Positions 13,090 through 26,873 of a stretch of DNA of 64,000 nt are shown here, piece by piece. Source of the stretch: Ophelia neglecta (lineage: Eukaryota); assembly GCA_965285935.1 (NCBI GenBank), contig OZ260661.1, positions 138,818,001 to 138,882,000 of the forward strand, in the 5' to 3' direction. A program made the translations under genes and the position numbers. A model generated the notes under the pieces. The model ran no database searches, was not told the DNA's origin, and worked only from the letters and a program-made list of their open reading frames with translations. How positions within the stretch are numbered: position 1 is the stretch's first letter; each line of letters starts with the position of its first letter.

Positions 13090-13300
13090 CCTGATCAAGC
13101 TGTTTGCCAAACCCCGTTCTTAGCTGACCAGGGACGCCTTGCTTCCAGGCAAGCACTCTCCATCGATCAAGCAGTCTGTCCGGCCACGCTTTCGCCTGGT
13201 CAGGAACGCCTTGCTTCCAAGGAAGAACCTTCCACTGATGAAGCTGCATGTTAGACCCGGCTTTCGGCTGGCCAGGGATGCCTCGCTCCCACGCACAAGC
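13090..13300. repeat. Three diverged 72-bp tandem units
   Basis: GAT(C/G)AAGC anchors at 13093, 13165 and 13237, each followed by a CAGG(G/A)A(C/T)GCCT block. Confidence 0.7.
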
Positions 13301-15294
13301 AACCACAACCGGTCAGCCGGCAGCATTTTACCCCAACGTGGATTCCGAAAGGCATAGACCTTTTTTAAAATGTCCGAGTTTCAGACATATGTCCGATGAA
13401 ACAGACAGCCATGTATTTATGATTTATTATTTATTACAACTTGATGTGGGTGACAACCCGCTTAAACGAACTTGGTATGACCCTTACATGAGAACATTCA
13501 ATAGCCAGAAGATAGTTAAATACTACTTAAAGTATAAATATAATTAAATATTAACAAATATTTTACAACTCCCGCATTAAATTCTGTCCAGGCTTAAGCT
13601 TAACCAGCATATCTTGAATACTACTTGTCACCAACTAGCAGTATACCGATAGACATGGTCATTTATAAAAACTGGATTTCAATTATACAAGCAGAAAATC
13701 AACTGCTAAAATTGTCACTCTTAGCTAGAGAGAAAATACATAAATGTCTACAATATAGGAATTATTCGATTTGGTTTCATATTAATATCCAAGGAACATT
13801 TTGGCTTTGAAAACAATGTCTAGTGATTCCCCTATACATATATTTCGCGTTGGCCACTGGAACAGACAAAGACATGGGATCCATGATTTGAAATAAGAAG
13901 CCTGTGACCTTTCTTGAAAAAACGAACACGACAAGTTATTCTCGCGTCCAGACAATTTTTTCGGATCTTTCACATTATGGGAAGCTCAAAATGGCACGTG
14001 CATGCTCCTGGGCACAGCACATGTACGACGCCCAGATTGTTAATTAATTTCGTGACAAGCCGGCTGAATCAACACTTACCCGTTCGCACGAACGACCAAC
14101 CCTTGACGCATTTAGATAGACACTAGTCACAAGGCCCGTTTGTCAGAAGGCCCAGTATTGTAAGAAAATCATTTTAGTTCCAGTTGAAACTAGATTGGTC
14201 TGGACCAGCAACCAGTCCTGAATCGAACACGTATTTTACTCTAATATGATATCGGTAGACAGCGGAGTATGAGTATTTTGGCATAAGCTTTTGCTGTTAA
14301 CTGAAAAACACATGACCATAGTATGATCTTTCAAAGTCAACAGAGACCCAAGGTGGAAACACAAAGTAAAAAGCCTAACACTAGTACCGGTCTGGGACTT
14401 TATAGTACATATCGTAACTATATAGGTCAATGAGTGAACCATTTCAGTGGTATGGGAATTTAAAGATCAGAAATTCGTTAGCTCATGTTTTCCATAATTG
14501 TTCCAATATCGTTTTTTGAGATATCAAGTTCAACATAGAATGTTGTGTCCGTTTTACATCCTATGCTGCAGCTCACTAGCTGCGGTTTCCACTGACCTCT
14601 CCACCCAGATCGCAATATTGAACCTTTCCGTAGAGACCTATTTACCCGTCTCCCTATATTTCGTTATTTTTGTGTTTATGGTATACAGAAGAAAGCACTG
14701 GTTTGCAGAGACAACATCCAGCTGGATTGTGGCCGGACATTTACGTCGCGGACATTTTGGTCCAGGACTTTTGGCCCCAGCCACATTGGTCCCCAGCTTT
14801 TTATGTTATAGCAGTAGTAAATTTGGAGAAAAAAATATCAAATGAAGCTATAGTAATCTCACATGTGTACTGACACCGGCTGAGCCGGTGTCACCACTCA
14901 TACTCTCATTTACCTCATTTTCTCAGAAAAAAAAACAGGTAACGGTTACACCATGACATGGATTCAGCCAATCAGGTGCATGCCTTAAGTAATTATCATG
15001 GCAGTTGGTCATTCAATAGTTTATTATATTTATTTTTTATATCGAGGTATTTATGTGTTTTCCTAGAAATTTGGTAAAATTGCACCTTTGAGAAATTACT
15101 TGCTAAAATAAGAAGTAAATTTAATCTACAGTGTTTAATTGGGGTGAGCACTTTCATGTGCATTTGCTGAAATCGAGCTGTTGAAGGTGGGTTTAAATAT
15201 TTATTAACCAATCGCTAAAATGATTGCAAGAAAATCATATCGATAAGATGTCCCAACGAGTTATTTTTATATGTTTCGAATTGCCGCTCAAAAG

Positions 15295-15850
15295 TCATTG
15301 ACTGCTGCTATTGAGCAATACATTACACCCATGCTACATATCAAAGCAAAAGTCCCGTCCCGATTCAGTATAAATTATCATTTTCATATTTGACCCATGT
15401 CTAACTTGGCTATTACATGTACGTTTACATGTTTGTGGGAATGCACCTATATAGAAATACTATATATATTGAATTATACCATATTTTCCTACCTTTTCCA
15501 ATAGGAAAGTTATATTACAAAACAAGCTAGGAAGTGCTTATATGATATAGCTGCAAAAATTGAATTCATAAGCGTGCTGACCCTAGCGCATCTGGTCTCA
15601 CCACGAATACCATTATTAACCTGCTGTTTTTCAGAAATAAATTCAATTCATTGACTACTACTATTGAATCGTACAGTATACAGTCACACTCCTACAAAGC
15701 AAAATACCTGTCCAAATTCAGAAAAAATATGATTTTCCTAATTTACCCATGTATAGCATGGCTATTATATGTTCATTATCCACATATAAAGGAATGCTTT
15801 AAATATTGAAATATATTCTATTTTCATACATTTTCCAAGGGAATATAAGT
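15295..15850. repeat. Old tandem duplication, period ~353 bp
   Basis: TCATTGACT(G/A)CT(G/A)CTATTGA..CAAAGCAAAA..ACCCATGT..GGCTATTA recurs at ~15295 and ~15648. Confidence 0.6.
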
Positions 15851-18500
15851 TTTATAACAAGTTAGGAAATTAATTTGAGGTAATAAGGCCCGAAATAATG
15901 ACAGGACAAAATATTGTTTTTACCTAAAAATCCGCAGAAGTCGATAATTGGATTTGACTCACGTTTGAACCTGAAATTGGCAAATATCATCCACTTTGTA
16001 TCATTCCCAAAAAACTGCTCAATGTAAGCCATGCACTCTCAAAGTCAAAACTATGTAGAATATGTTTGAAGAAAAAAAACACCTTTAGATGTCTGAAATA
16101 AACGGTTTCTAAATGGTGCCTGTTATTGAATGCAAAAAGATAAGTTGTGTTACAGTGCATGCTAGTTACACAAGGCCTAATTCCCTGAATATACTTTTCA
16201 TGATCACTACAGTTTATCTATATGAAAATTACTGTAATGCTTTTACAACTTCCCATTTGATTGATGATCACAGTATTCCCTTATGTGTCATTATCTCTAT
16301 AATGACAATTTCCGTGAGTCAGCAAGGAGTTATCTGTTTAGGCATCGGTTTATGTAGACAACATATATAATACAATAACTTTGTCCTTGTTCAAAATACA
16401 AAGTATTTAGCGAGACAAATTAATTTTAAAAATGTTCCTGTAGTTGTTGAACCCAGCAGGTGTTTGTTTACCCCATTAATTAGGTTTTATGATACAGATA
16501 GTGACATTGTCTGCAAGGTAGCCACCCCTAGGGACTAGAAAGAGTCTAGTGTGCAGAAATCTTGAAAATACGATACAAGTACAGCGCAACGATCGGCCCT
16601 ATAGCGGTCGTCAATGTGAAAAACACACACATTGAGCCAGGGAGGGGGATGACTGTCAGAAAAATGAATTGGCATTTCGTGTTCACAAGTTAAAATGAGG
16701 CTCAAAGCCTTTCTATTTCCACATTGAAATGGAGCTCTGATCTTAAAATAAGGTCAAAGTTAGGTCAACAACAAGAATGTATCATTGATAGCTGCTTACT
16801 TGTACTGTATTAGTGGTACAAATTGTACACCATACTGTAATATTGTATCATATAGGCTGTCCCATTGCACCATTGTGCTTTTCTATGTCCAACGCGTTCC
16901 AAACAAAACGTAAACCGGCTGAATGATTGGTTGTTAAAATGTCTAATATCTCAGTAAATAAAGACATGACCAACGCTCTTATAGACAACTCGTCTTCTTT
17001 GAACTATTCAGCTTCTAAAAAACCTGAACACAGTGTCTCGCTTTATTTAGTATTCTTTGTTCGTGACAAACTGCCTCCTTCATATTTTAAAATTATTGCT
17101 TTCTACTGCATCACAAGGGTGCAAAAGAGTTATTTGTTGTATATACTTGATATAGATCTACATGTTTTACATTAATGTTTCAGATATGCCTAATAGGTTT
17201 CGCCATGTGTCAACACCGCAATACACATATGCAGAATATGCTATGTGCTGTTCTTGTACAATGAACAAAAATAGCTCTCAGTTAAACATACATGTGACAG
17301 TTGCACGTACAGTTGAACATTGGCTGGGAGGCACAAGCGATTGATTTGACAAATGGTATGCTGGTGACATCTCGCGGAAACTGTAAACGCGCTACGGCAC
17401 CTAAAAGGCATGCCCAGCGACCCACACAATTTGAACAACTACAAATTATAAATATGCAATAAGTCACACATTTCAGGTATTTTCGCGTCTCTTGATATAT
17501 AATTCTTATATAATTCAATACCATCGACGCCTCTTTCTTTCGTAAGGGTAATTTCGGTGGTTATACTTGTGGCATGGTATAAACCATGGGGCTTAAGGGG
17601 ACGCCTGTTTATCCTTGAAATGTACTCTTGTTTTTTCTGACACCAACAGGTGTTGTTAACCCCATCAGTCATGTTTTATCACTGCTCAATAGTGACATTG
17701 CCAGCAAAATAGCTATTCCCTGTGATTCGAGGATTCTTTTACGCGGAAACCCTATTAATACGATGACAGGGATATAGCGCAACGTACTCTCACGCCATCG
17801 TTGGCACTCTTTTTTCGAAATAGGTCTTTCATTTCCGGTCTTTTCCCGCCTTCCCGTGTACCTTCTGCAGCACACGAATTTAAAACGTCAAAGTGAGGTT
17901 CTTACCGGGAGATTTCCGAAGACTCATATAGTATACGAAATCATGCCGTTACATGCCTTTTCAAAAATACTGACTAAATGGTACCAGTGTAGATCAACTA
18001 AAGCACGGAGCCGAAAAATGTTAAATGACTTTTAAAACTGCAAATTCCCAAACACCATTGGTGCTCTTGCTGATTGTCATTTTATATTAATGAATACAGC
18101 TTACAAACGGTGTATTCCATGGATAAGCACCGCCCCATTGATTTATAACACAATACATCTATTCACTCGTCCATCCACTCCCCTGACCCACGCCTAAACT
18201 GACCACGAGACACAGGAGTCTTATGGGAAGCGTGCATTTATTTATGGACAACACAAATTTTGATCTGTTTTTATACTCATCGGACGATATTTTTCTGACA
18301 AAAATTTAATTCAGCCAAGAGGTCAGTAACTGTTATGACACAGAGGAGTCAAAAACAATTATTCGATTTTATTAGAATATTATTCAGAGAAAAATATATC
18401 TTCCGAAGGGACTGGCATACAAAAGCCAGTTCCGTGAAGCATCTTACTCCACCACACAGTTTGCTCTAGTCTGCAGTTGATACCATTGAGACCGCAATGG

Positions 18501-20010
18501 TTACTGGGGGACAGTGAAATAACGTAAGAGGCAAAGGGCAAAAGAAGTAGGCAAAGTAAGTTTATAAACTGCCATTGCAGGGATCACTCTGGAGTGCGAC
18601 ATTACGCCATTGGCGCACCATTGTTTTAAATGACGCGTTGTTTTGCCACGCCGTGCCAAACTGGCGCAATTAGGACATTGCGGCCCAAGACAAAATTTTT
18701 TCTCAAGTAGTGTTTTTTATTGCTAGAGCTGGCCAGCAAACATTATTTTTTAAATTTTTCTTCCCCCCCCCCCCCCCTACATTATCAAATGGTCGGCCCC
18801 TTAGCTATCCTATGAATATATTATATTATTGAAGGTCTATGTTTTACACTTCTCGTATAGAGACGCCCAATAGGTTTTTGCCTAGTGTCAACACGGCAAT
18901 ACACACCTACACATATTTTCAGACCATTATGTGTGCCATACTGCAATACCGGGTATCATTTAAGCTTAACGGATAAAAAGTTAGATATGGCGTGGGAGGC
19001 GCTCGCGCCAACCTACACCTTCAAAATATTTGCGAGCAGATCCCCCGGAGTCCACAGAAACAAATATATTTTTATGACGTTATTAATAGTCAGAAATACT
19101 TACCTAATCCAATGTAACTACAGCCTAACGGCCGGACCAGATGAGAACTGTAATGATATTCACCCACTTGCTTATATATAAGCAAATGCTTGACGACTAT
19201 GAAGGGATAAGCTCGTAGGTTTATGCAGTTTCCTTGACTTCCATTTTACAGAAGATTGACATCAAACACGATCGACCTGAATTTAGGCATTGATATAGGC
19301 AATATGGCAGCTGGTATCCGCACATGCGCTTACGTACTGAGGTTACACCATGGTTTAACCACGCACAATTCCTGGGCGACGGTAATTTCAGACTTGGCGA
19401 AGTCTCGTACGGAAGTGACTTTTTGGGGGAATGGAAAACCAGCTCTGAGCAGTATGAACATTTCTATGGCGGACTGGAAAACCAGTTTACTGAGTAGTGT
19501 AAAATCATATTTCAGTGGGACTGGGAAACCACCAAGGAGAATGTGACAAGAAGCAGAAGGGAGCAACAGAGAGACATTTCCAGCGGCGATGGCTCAATCT
19601 TTTTCCTTGGCTAAGATATAATGAAAAAGAAAACCCTATGTGGTGTAGTACTTGTTACTGGGTACCATTGTAGCCTCAATCCTCATGATAGGCCTAGCTG
19701 TTTAAAACCACTAAGATACACAAATCAACCGTTTTAATCATTTATGCAGATATCAAAAGGTCCACAATATCCTTCTAGGTTCGAAAACAGTGCAATCAAA
19801 TAAAAAGTGGGCAGTGGCTTCATACAACGAGTGGAAGTCAGCCAGGGACACATTCATTGGTTATCCTTCAAGTGCCAGACGGTTGCGTTCGGCATTGTTG
19901 TCGCCGTGATTTATATCTATGAATGAACGCCCTTAAGAAAGTCTTAGCTGTGGATATGAATTCGTGGATACAATGCACCGCGACGACACTACCGTGATGC
20001 AACCAAAAGT
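18501..20010 (-). pseudogene. Possible decayed ankyrin-repeat/SOCS-box gene remnant
   Basis: 18690-18501 reads TTRHLKQWCANGVMSHSRVIPAMAVYKLTLPTSFALCLL..* (SOCS-box-like). An upstream exon-like segment FQSAIEMFILLRAGFPFP..CNLST ends at a GTAAGC donor (19333). Ankyrin-like scraps LWLHHG and KDIVDLLISA occur in shifted frames. Confidence 0.33.
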
Positions 20011-20809
20011 TATTAAATAAGTGTAACTGGCAAAATCTAATTGTGATTGTCATTGGATGATAACATGATAACATAGACCCCTAGAAGACAGATTCATTCA
20101 GACAGTGTATTTTTCCATGACAAGGAAGTGAAAAGGTGTTTGAAGATAGATAATAAAAAAGAAAAAAGGTAAAACATGTGTTACGTTTGTTTTTGATGGC
20201 CATAGGCCAGAAACAATTGACAAAATGGACTGTCCAGCGAACGTTTGTATCAATTTTTTCATCCTTTTTTTCCTGAAACGAACATTTTTTTACTTTTCCA
20301 AATGTGCAAGACAAACATTTCTTTCTCAAGAATTTTTTTTTTGCCAGAGCTGGCCAACAATCTTCTTTTTTTCTAAATTTTTCTCACCCCCCCCCCCCCC
20401 CACCCCCCCTACATTATCAAATGGTCGGCCCCTTAGCTATCCTATGAATATATTATATTATTGAAGGTCTATGTTTTACACTTCTCGTATAGAGAAGCCC
20501 AATAGGTTTTTGCCTAGTGTCAACACGGCAATACACACCTACACATATTTTCAGACCATTATGTGTGCCATACTGCAATACCGGGTATCATTTAAACTTA
20601 ACAGATAAAAAGTTAGATATGGCGTGGGAGGCGCTCGCGCCAACCTACACCTTCAAAATATTTGCGAGCAGATCCCCCGGAGTCCACAGAAACAAATATA
20701 TTTTTATGACGTTATTAATAGTCAGAAATACTTACCTAATCCAATATAACTACAGCCTAACGGCCGGACCAGATGAGAACTGTAATGATATTCACCCACT
20801 TGCTTATAT

Positions 20810-20876
20810 GGTGGTGATATGACCGATCAGTGTCGAAAGCCACGTAAAACCCCAAACAACAACAACAACAACAACA
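20810..20876 (+). mobile_element. 5'-truncated SINE tail with (AAC)n
   Basis: GATATGACCGAT..GAAAGCCACGTAAAACCCCAAAC matches the 3' end of the SINE at 27473-27522. 16-bp TSD ACCCACTTGCTTATAT at 20794-20809 and 20877-20892; empty site in repeat copy 1 (~19162). Confidence 0.88.
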
Positions 20877-22513
20877 ACCCACTTGCTTATATAAACAAAT
20901 GCTTGACGACTATGAAGGGATAAGCTCGTAGGTTTATGCAGTTTCCTTGACTTCCATTTTACAGAAGATTGACATCAAACACGATCTACCTGAATTTAGG
21001 CATTGATATAGGCAATATGGCAGCTGGTATCCGCGCATGCGCTTATGTACTGAGGTTACACCATGGTTTAACCACGCACAATTCCTGGGCGAGGGTAATT
21101 TCAGACTTGGCGAAGTCTCGTACGGAAGTGACTTTTTGGGGGAATGGAAAACCAGCTCTGAGCAGTATGAACATTTCTATGGCGGACTGGAAAACCAGTT
21201 TACTGAGTAGTGTAAAATCATATTTCAGGGGGACTGGGAAACCACCAAGGAGAATGTGACAAGAAACAGAAGGAAGCAACAGAGAGACATTTCCAGCGGC
21301 GATGGCTCAATCTTTTTCCTTGGCTAAGATATAATGAAAAAGAAAACCCTATGTGGTGTAGTACTTGTTACTGGGTACCACTGTAGCCTCAATCCTCATG
21401 ATAGGCCTAGCTGTTTAAAACCACTAAGATACACAAATCAACCGTTTTAATCATTTATGCAGATATCAAAAGGTCCACAATTTCCTTCTAGGTTCGGAAA
21501 CAGTGCAATCAAATAAAAAGTGGGCAGTGGCTTCATACAACGAGTGGAAGTCAGCCAGGGACACATTCATTGGTTATCCTTCAGGTGCCAGACGGTTGCG
21601 TTCGGCATTGTTGTCGCCGTGATTTATATCTATGAATGAACGCCCTTAAGAAAGTCTTAGTTGTGGATATAAATTCGTGGAAACAATCCACCGCGACGAC
21701 ACTACCGTGATGCAACCAAAAGTTATTAAATAAGTGTAACTGGCAAAATCTAATTGTGATTGTCATTGGATGATAACATGATAACATAGACCCCTAGAAG
21801 ACAGAGTGATTCAGACAGTGTATTTTTCCATGACAAGGAAGTGAAAAGGTGTTTGAAGATAGATAATAAAAAAGAAAAAAGGTAAAACATGTGTTACGTT
21901 TGTTTTTGATGGCCATAGGCCAGAAACAATTGACAAAATGGACTGTTCAGCGAACGTTTGTATCAACTTTTTCATCCTTTTTTTCCTGAAACAAACATTT
22001 TTTTCTTTTCCAAATGTGCAAGACAAACATTTTTTTCTCAAGTATTTTTTTTTTGCCAGAGCTGGCCAACAAACTTCTTTTTTTCTAAATTATTCTCACC
22101 CCCCCCCCCCCCTACATTATCAAATGGTCGGCCCCTTAGCTATCCTATGAATATATTATATTATTGAAGGTCTATGTTTTACACTTCTCGTATAGAGAAG
22201 CCCAATAGGTTTTTTGCCTAGTGTCAACACGGCAATACACACCTACACATATTTTCAGACCATTATGTGTGCCATACTGCAATACCGGGTATCATTTAAA
22301 CTTAACGGATAAAAAGTTAGATATGGCGTGGGAGGCGCTCGCGCCAACCTACACCTTCAAAATATTTGCGAGCAGATCCCCCGGAGTCCACAGAAACAAA
22401 TATATTTTTATGACGTTATTAATAGTCAGAAATACTTACCTAATCCAATGTAACTACAGCCTAACGGCCGGACCAGATGAGAACTGTAATGATATTCACC
22501 CACTTGCTTATAT

Positions 22514-22574
22514 GGTGGCGATATGACCGATCAGTGTCGAAAGCCACGTAAAACCCCAAACAACAACAACAACA
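22514..22574 (+). mobile_element. Same truncated SINE insertion, copied by tandem duplication
   Basis: Same TSD at 22498-22513 and 22575-22590; shorter (AAC)n tail. Confidence 0.88.
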
Positions 22575-25500
22575 ACCCACTTGCTTATATAAACAAATGC
22601 TTGACGACTATGAAGGGATAAGCTCGTAGGTTTATGCAGTTTCCTTGACTTCCATTTTACAGAAGATTGACATCAAACACGATCGACCTGTATTTAGGCA
22701 TTGATATAGGCAATATGGCAGCTGGTATCCGCGCATGCGCTTATGTACTGAGGTTACACCATGGTTTAACGACGCACAATTCCTGGGCGAGGGTAATTTC
22801 AGACTTGGTGAGGTCTCTTGCGGAAGTGACTTTTTGGGGGAATGGAAAACCAGCTCTGAGCAGTATGAACATTTCTATGGCGGACTGGAAAACCATTTTA
22901 CTGAGTAGTGTAAAATCATAGTTCAATGGGTCTGGGAAACCACCACGGAGAACAGACAAGACTCGTTGATTTGGGCCATTTACATACCCTGAACCGTTGC
23001 CTGCTTCTCGGATTTAACTACACCTGAACGGTGATAAACAAATATCCCTTATATATACTTATTATAGGTATAGAGACGCCCAATAGACTATTGCCTAGTG
23101 TCAACACGGCAATATACACACCTACAAATATTTTCAGACCATGGTGTGTGCCATACTGCAATACCGGGTATCATTTAAACATAAAGAACGCACCATTTGT
23201 TTTTTTTTTGGGGGGGGGGGGGGCGACAAATTTTTTTTAGTGGAACAAAAAATTTCTAGCTTTGGACAAACATACAATTTATTTTTTCCTATCTGGGAAG
23301 CAAACAATTTTTTTTCTAACAAAATCTCTATCAAATATTTTATCCGTAGCCTTGATTACACTTTTACATAATGGAAGTGTTCGCGTTTATAGTTGGCAGG
23401 AGGCTTTGGTTTGGAAATCTTTTTGAATTCCAGCTTTCGCAGAATGGTATCTCTGCAAGGTACCACTGGTTTAGATGGTGAACTGCACTACAGAAGTGGC
23501 CCTGGTGGCCATAGGTTACTCACTTCAGCTTATACCTGCAGGGAATATATGGGATAAGATAAGTATAGGCATCTGATACAAATATATACCATTAAAGTGT
23601 AAGAAAAGTTGACTTTTTCATCAAATCAATTGTAATTTGACTTGATAGGCGCATGCGCCTATAAGAGAGACATTTATAAAAACTCAGGCCGGCAAAGGAG
23701 GTCATTCAGAGAACTTGGCCCGGAAAAGAAATAATGTAAAAGTGGAAAAGAAATCCCTGGCTTATACTTGCTTAAACTATTTCTCTCCTAGTGATTTATT
23801 TGCACAATAAATAAAAATTAAAGTACACCCAGCTATTCTTTATACTTTCAGAATAAATGCTTACCATAATGTTACTAACAACTCCGCTGTGTTATGCATG
23901 TGTACTATTTCCGTATCCGCTATCACGATGAGTGATGAATTTTTTTTGCTGAACCTAATGAATGATAGGGTAGAGGCAACCGAGGATGTAATTTGCCAAG
24001 AGTCTAATTCGCCAAGAGCCAGAGGCAGATGAACTTGCAGCCGGAGAGTCACGGGGCGAGTCTGGGGAAGAAGAGCAAGGTCAGCAGCTGATTTCTCAAG
24101 CTGATAGATGGGGGAGTGGTGCTTGGGCCTATATTTATTCTAGATAAATAATGTAAGCAAAGGCGGATCAAAGAAAAAGAAACCATTGAAAGATTGAACG
24201 CCGATATGGAATTTAACACGAGAAAGAAGAGAAGGGGAAAATACTAACAACAACAAAGAGGAGAAAAGTTTGTCGCACTATGTGAGGGACGAAAGGGTGA
24301 AAGAGAACGCGATAACGCCGAAAAGGTCAGAACCAAATTCTTTGATGTCAACAAAAGTCTGGTTTATAAATAAGAATGCCCCCGAAGGTCCGATGATGCG
24401 AAAGGTTAATTGCGCAGTGTTCCAATATGCGAAATTTGCCCTTTGATTGTGAATGGATGTTATTCGGCCAGCAATTCTAATTACAACCCAGGTAATGTAG
24501 AGGTCCATCACGTTAGTTATTTAATTATATAGCAGCAGTTTTTCGATAACTCTAAACTAATGAAGTTTGGTACAGAAGTAGACACAGTACAAGGCGCTGG
24601 TCATTTATTATAGAAGGGGCGGGGTGTTTATAATATATACCTGAGGGAGGCTGCCACAGAGTCTACGCAGCCGGAAACAGGGAGTTGTTCAAGAATAATA
24701 ATGCAGAACACCTGATTGACTGTAGAGGGTGGCTAGGGGGGGGGGGGGGTTGTTCTGCTCCCAGATCTCACTTTTGACATTTCCCAGTTCCATGTGAAAT
24801 ATATTGAAATTTCCCAGTTCCCAGGGAATTACTTCGTTCCCGGTTCCGGGAGACTTTTGTGACTAAATCCCGATTCACACAAATAGAAAGACAGTTGTGT
24901 ATTCATTATCAGAATCGTATTTCTTACAATCAAAATCATAATCCAAGCCCATGTAAGTGTCATAGTAGCTCACTATTTTGTGACGTGACATCCTGGGCGT
25001 GACATTCCCAGCTTCAAACCGCAATCACAGTTCGCAGGTTTTTAAATGAGCCATCACGGGGGTCAAACAAATCGGTCATTCCCAGTTCACATATATGATG
25101 AACGGGATTTCCTGTTTCCCATGTATCTTCTGAGCCCGATCCCGAATCACAGGAAATACGTAATTTGCCAGTTCACGGACATATCAAAGTTAAATTCCCG
25201 TTCACAGTTAATTAAAAGAGCCGATTCCGGTGGTCGGAATTTCCCCTTACTCCCCCGCAATGTAGACGCAGCTGAAACAAAATATTTGTTTTATATACTG
25301 AAAATAAAATGCAGCTTATTAGCATTACATTTCATTTGACAAAAACCAAATTCTAAAATAATAGTAGGCGTAAAGGACTTGAAAAACGGGAGTGGATACC
25401 TGGTACACACTGAAAAATCACTGATCATGAACAGTCCGTTAAATAGGTCCAAAATCATCAGAAACCAACAGCTGCAAGCCCATACACGTCAATCTACAAA

Positions 25501-26267
25501 GAGTATATAAAAGGGTAAGACAAGTAAAAAATGCAAACGTAAAATTGATATCACTTGCAATGAGAATTATTCGACCGTTTTCCATGACGCGAGTCAGAAC
25601 ACAAAACAAGTCATTGATCAACGCAGGACAGAGATGAAACATGCATTTGGAAGTTGTGTAACAAAACGGTCCAAAGCCTCCATCAATTATCCCTACTTCG
25701 TATACCTGTAACATTTTCCCCACTTTTAAAATATAGTTTTAAAAGTCAATCTGAAAACCGAAAATTTGGGGGTTTGCGTCACTGTGGAAAGACCCCCCCC
25801 CCCCCGCCCCTCTGTTGCTGGAATACGAGAAAGGATGATACAAACCCTCTTTTAAGGCCACAAGTGGCAACGCGACTATTACATCACCTTTTCAAAACTA
25901 TTATCATAAAAAATAAATGAAATTGCCATTCATATAGCGCCGTTTCCATTCTTCATGTTCCAAAGCGTCGCAAATAACATTGACATGGAAATGAAGATAC
26001 ACACTGTTCCATTTGTTGACTATCCACACATTTCATTTGGAAATATAGTCCCATCTAACCCATGTAACAAATAGAATCTATGCGGCTGGAGAAAAACGCT
26101 TGGCTAGGGAAAACTGATAAAAACGTATTATATGTCTTCATGTATGCCCAGGTCCACTCCGAGTCGGTATATGTCTTCAGTGTAGCAGCCTAGCAAGCAC
26201 TGCTCTGACTAGTAAGAATGGTTCAAGTTGTCCTAACATAATCTTCTTCATTTTTTCGCAATCCTAC

Positions 26268-26385
26268 CTTCTGAATAACGGACCTTAGGAACAACGGACT
26301 TTTGGAATAACGGACCTTCGGAACAACGGACTTTCGGAACAACGGACCTTCGGAATAACGGACCTTCGGAAAACCGGGATGCCCC
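26268..26385. repeat. 15-bp tandem array, likely the subterminal repeat/TIR of a DNA transposon
   Basis: (GGAA(T/C)AACGGAC(C/T)TTC)n, about 6 units, ending CCGGGATGCCCC. A similar 15-bp-unit terminus is at 28660-28738 and a looser one at 14731-14795. Confidence 0.7.
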
Positions 26386-26399
26386 CAACTCTGGCATGG

Positions 26400-26754
26400 T
26401 TTCGCGATCCCCGCAGTCCATACGTCCGACTCCTGAGCACCGCATTATATTTCCTTCGGATTGGCCTTATAAGGTCTTCTCTTGCTGCAGTTCTCAGTGG
26501 CTGAACTGTTCTGCTTCGGTCGACAATGTCTTCGTCACTTTCATGATGATGTAGCGCTGGTTGCAGGATAACTATTCTGGCATTTTGGTCATCTAAGTCA
26601 AACACGTTTGTTTGGCAAGGGGCATGACAGTTTGCACGCCAATAACGCCAGTGAATCGCATTTCTGGTGGTGTTGTATTAATGGTATCTGTAACCGTAAT
26701 GAACTAAAACACTAAAACCTTTCCACCACGGTTTCCTGGGGTAATATAAGCCAT
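26400..26754 (-). pseudogene. FLYWCH-type zinc-finger N-terminus of a MULE-like transposase (frameshifted fragment)
   Basis: MAYITPGNRGGKVLV / YGYRYH*YNTTRNAIHWRYWRANCHAPCQTN..HHH fits the FLYWCH pattern (RGG.vL..GYrY...W.C....C.A......H.H); contains a frameshift and a stop. Confidence 0.62.
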
Positions 26755-26873
26755 GGCTCAAGCGGGGCCTGTTTCGCCGATTACTGATAATCTAAACAAA
26801 TAGATGTATAATATGAATTTTTCAATTATTCGCAATTACATAATACTTAAAGTCTATTTGTTTTAGATTTACA

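Larger units (their letters stand above)
18690..22950. repeat. Recent tandem triplication, unit 1.63-1.70 kb (two full copies, one partial)
   Basis: Anchor CCTACATTATCAAATGG at 18776, 20408 and 22111; near-identical ORF translations recur three times. A ~110-bp sub-module recurs again at 23069-23180 and, more diverged, at 17183-17340. Confidence 0.95.

Noticed and set aside
14871-14893. Perfect 10-bp hairpin TGACACCGGC-TGA-GCCGGTGTCA
   Set aside because: Could be a Helitron/Helentron-type end, but no other boundary was found; not a terminator in this eukaryotic context.
17439-17875. Two short minus-strand ORFs in GC-richer sequence
   Set aside because: No recognisable motif; stops in all frames.
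23860-24530. Purine-rich coding-like stretch with a CEICP motif (piggyBac-like Cys domain?)
   Set aside because: Multiple stops and Cys/His spacing not convincing.
26268-26385. Regular short repeats as a CRISPR array (also 28660-28738, 34617-34990)
   Set aside because: Head-to-tail tandem units without unique spacers, no cas genes, eukaryotic DNA.
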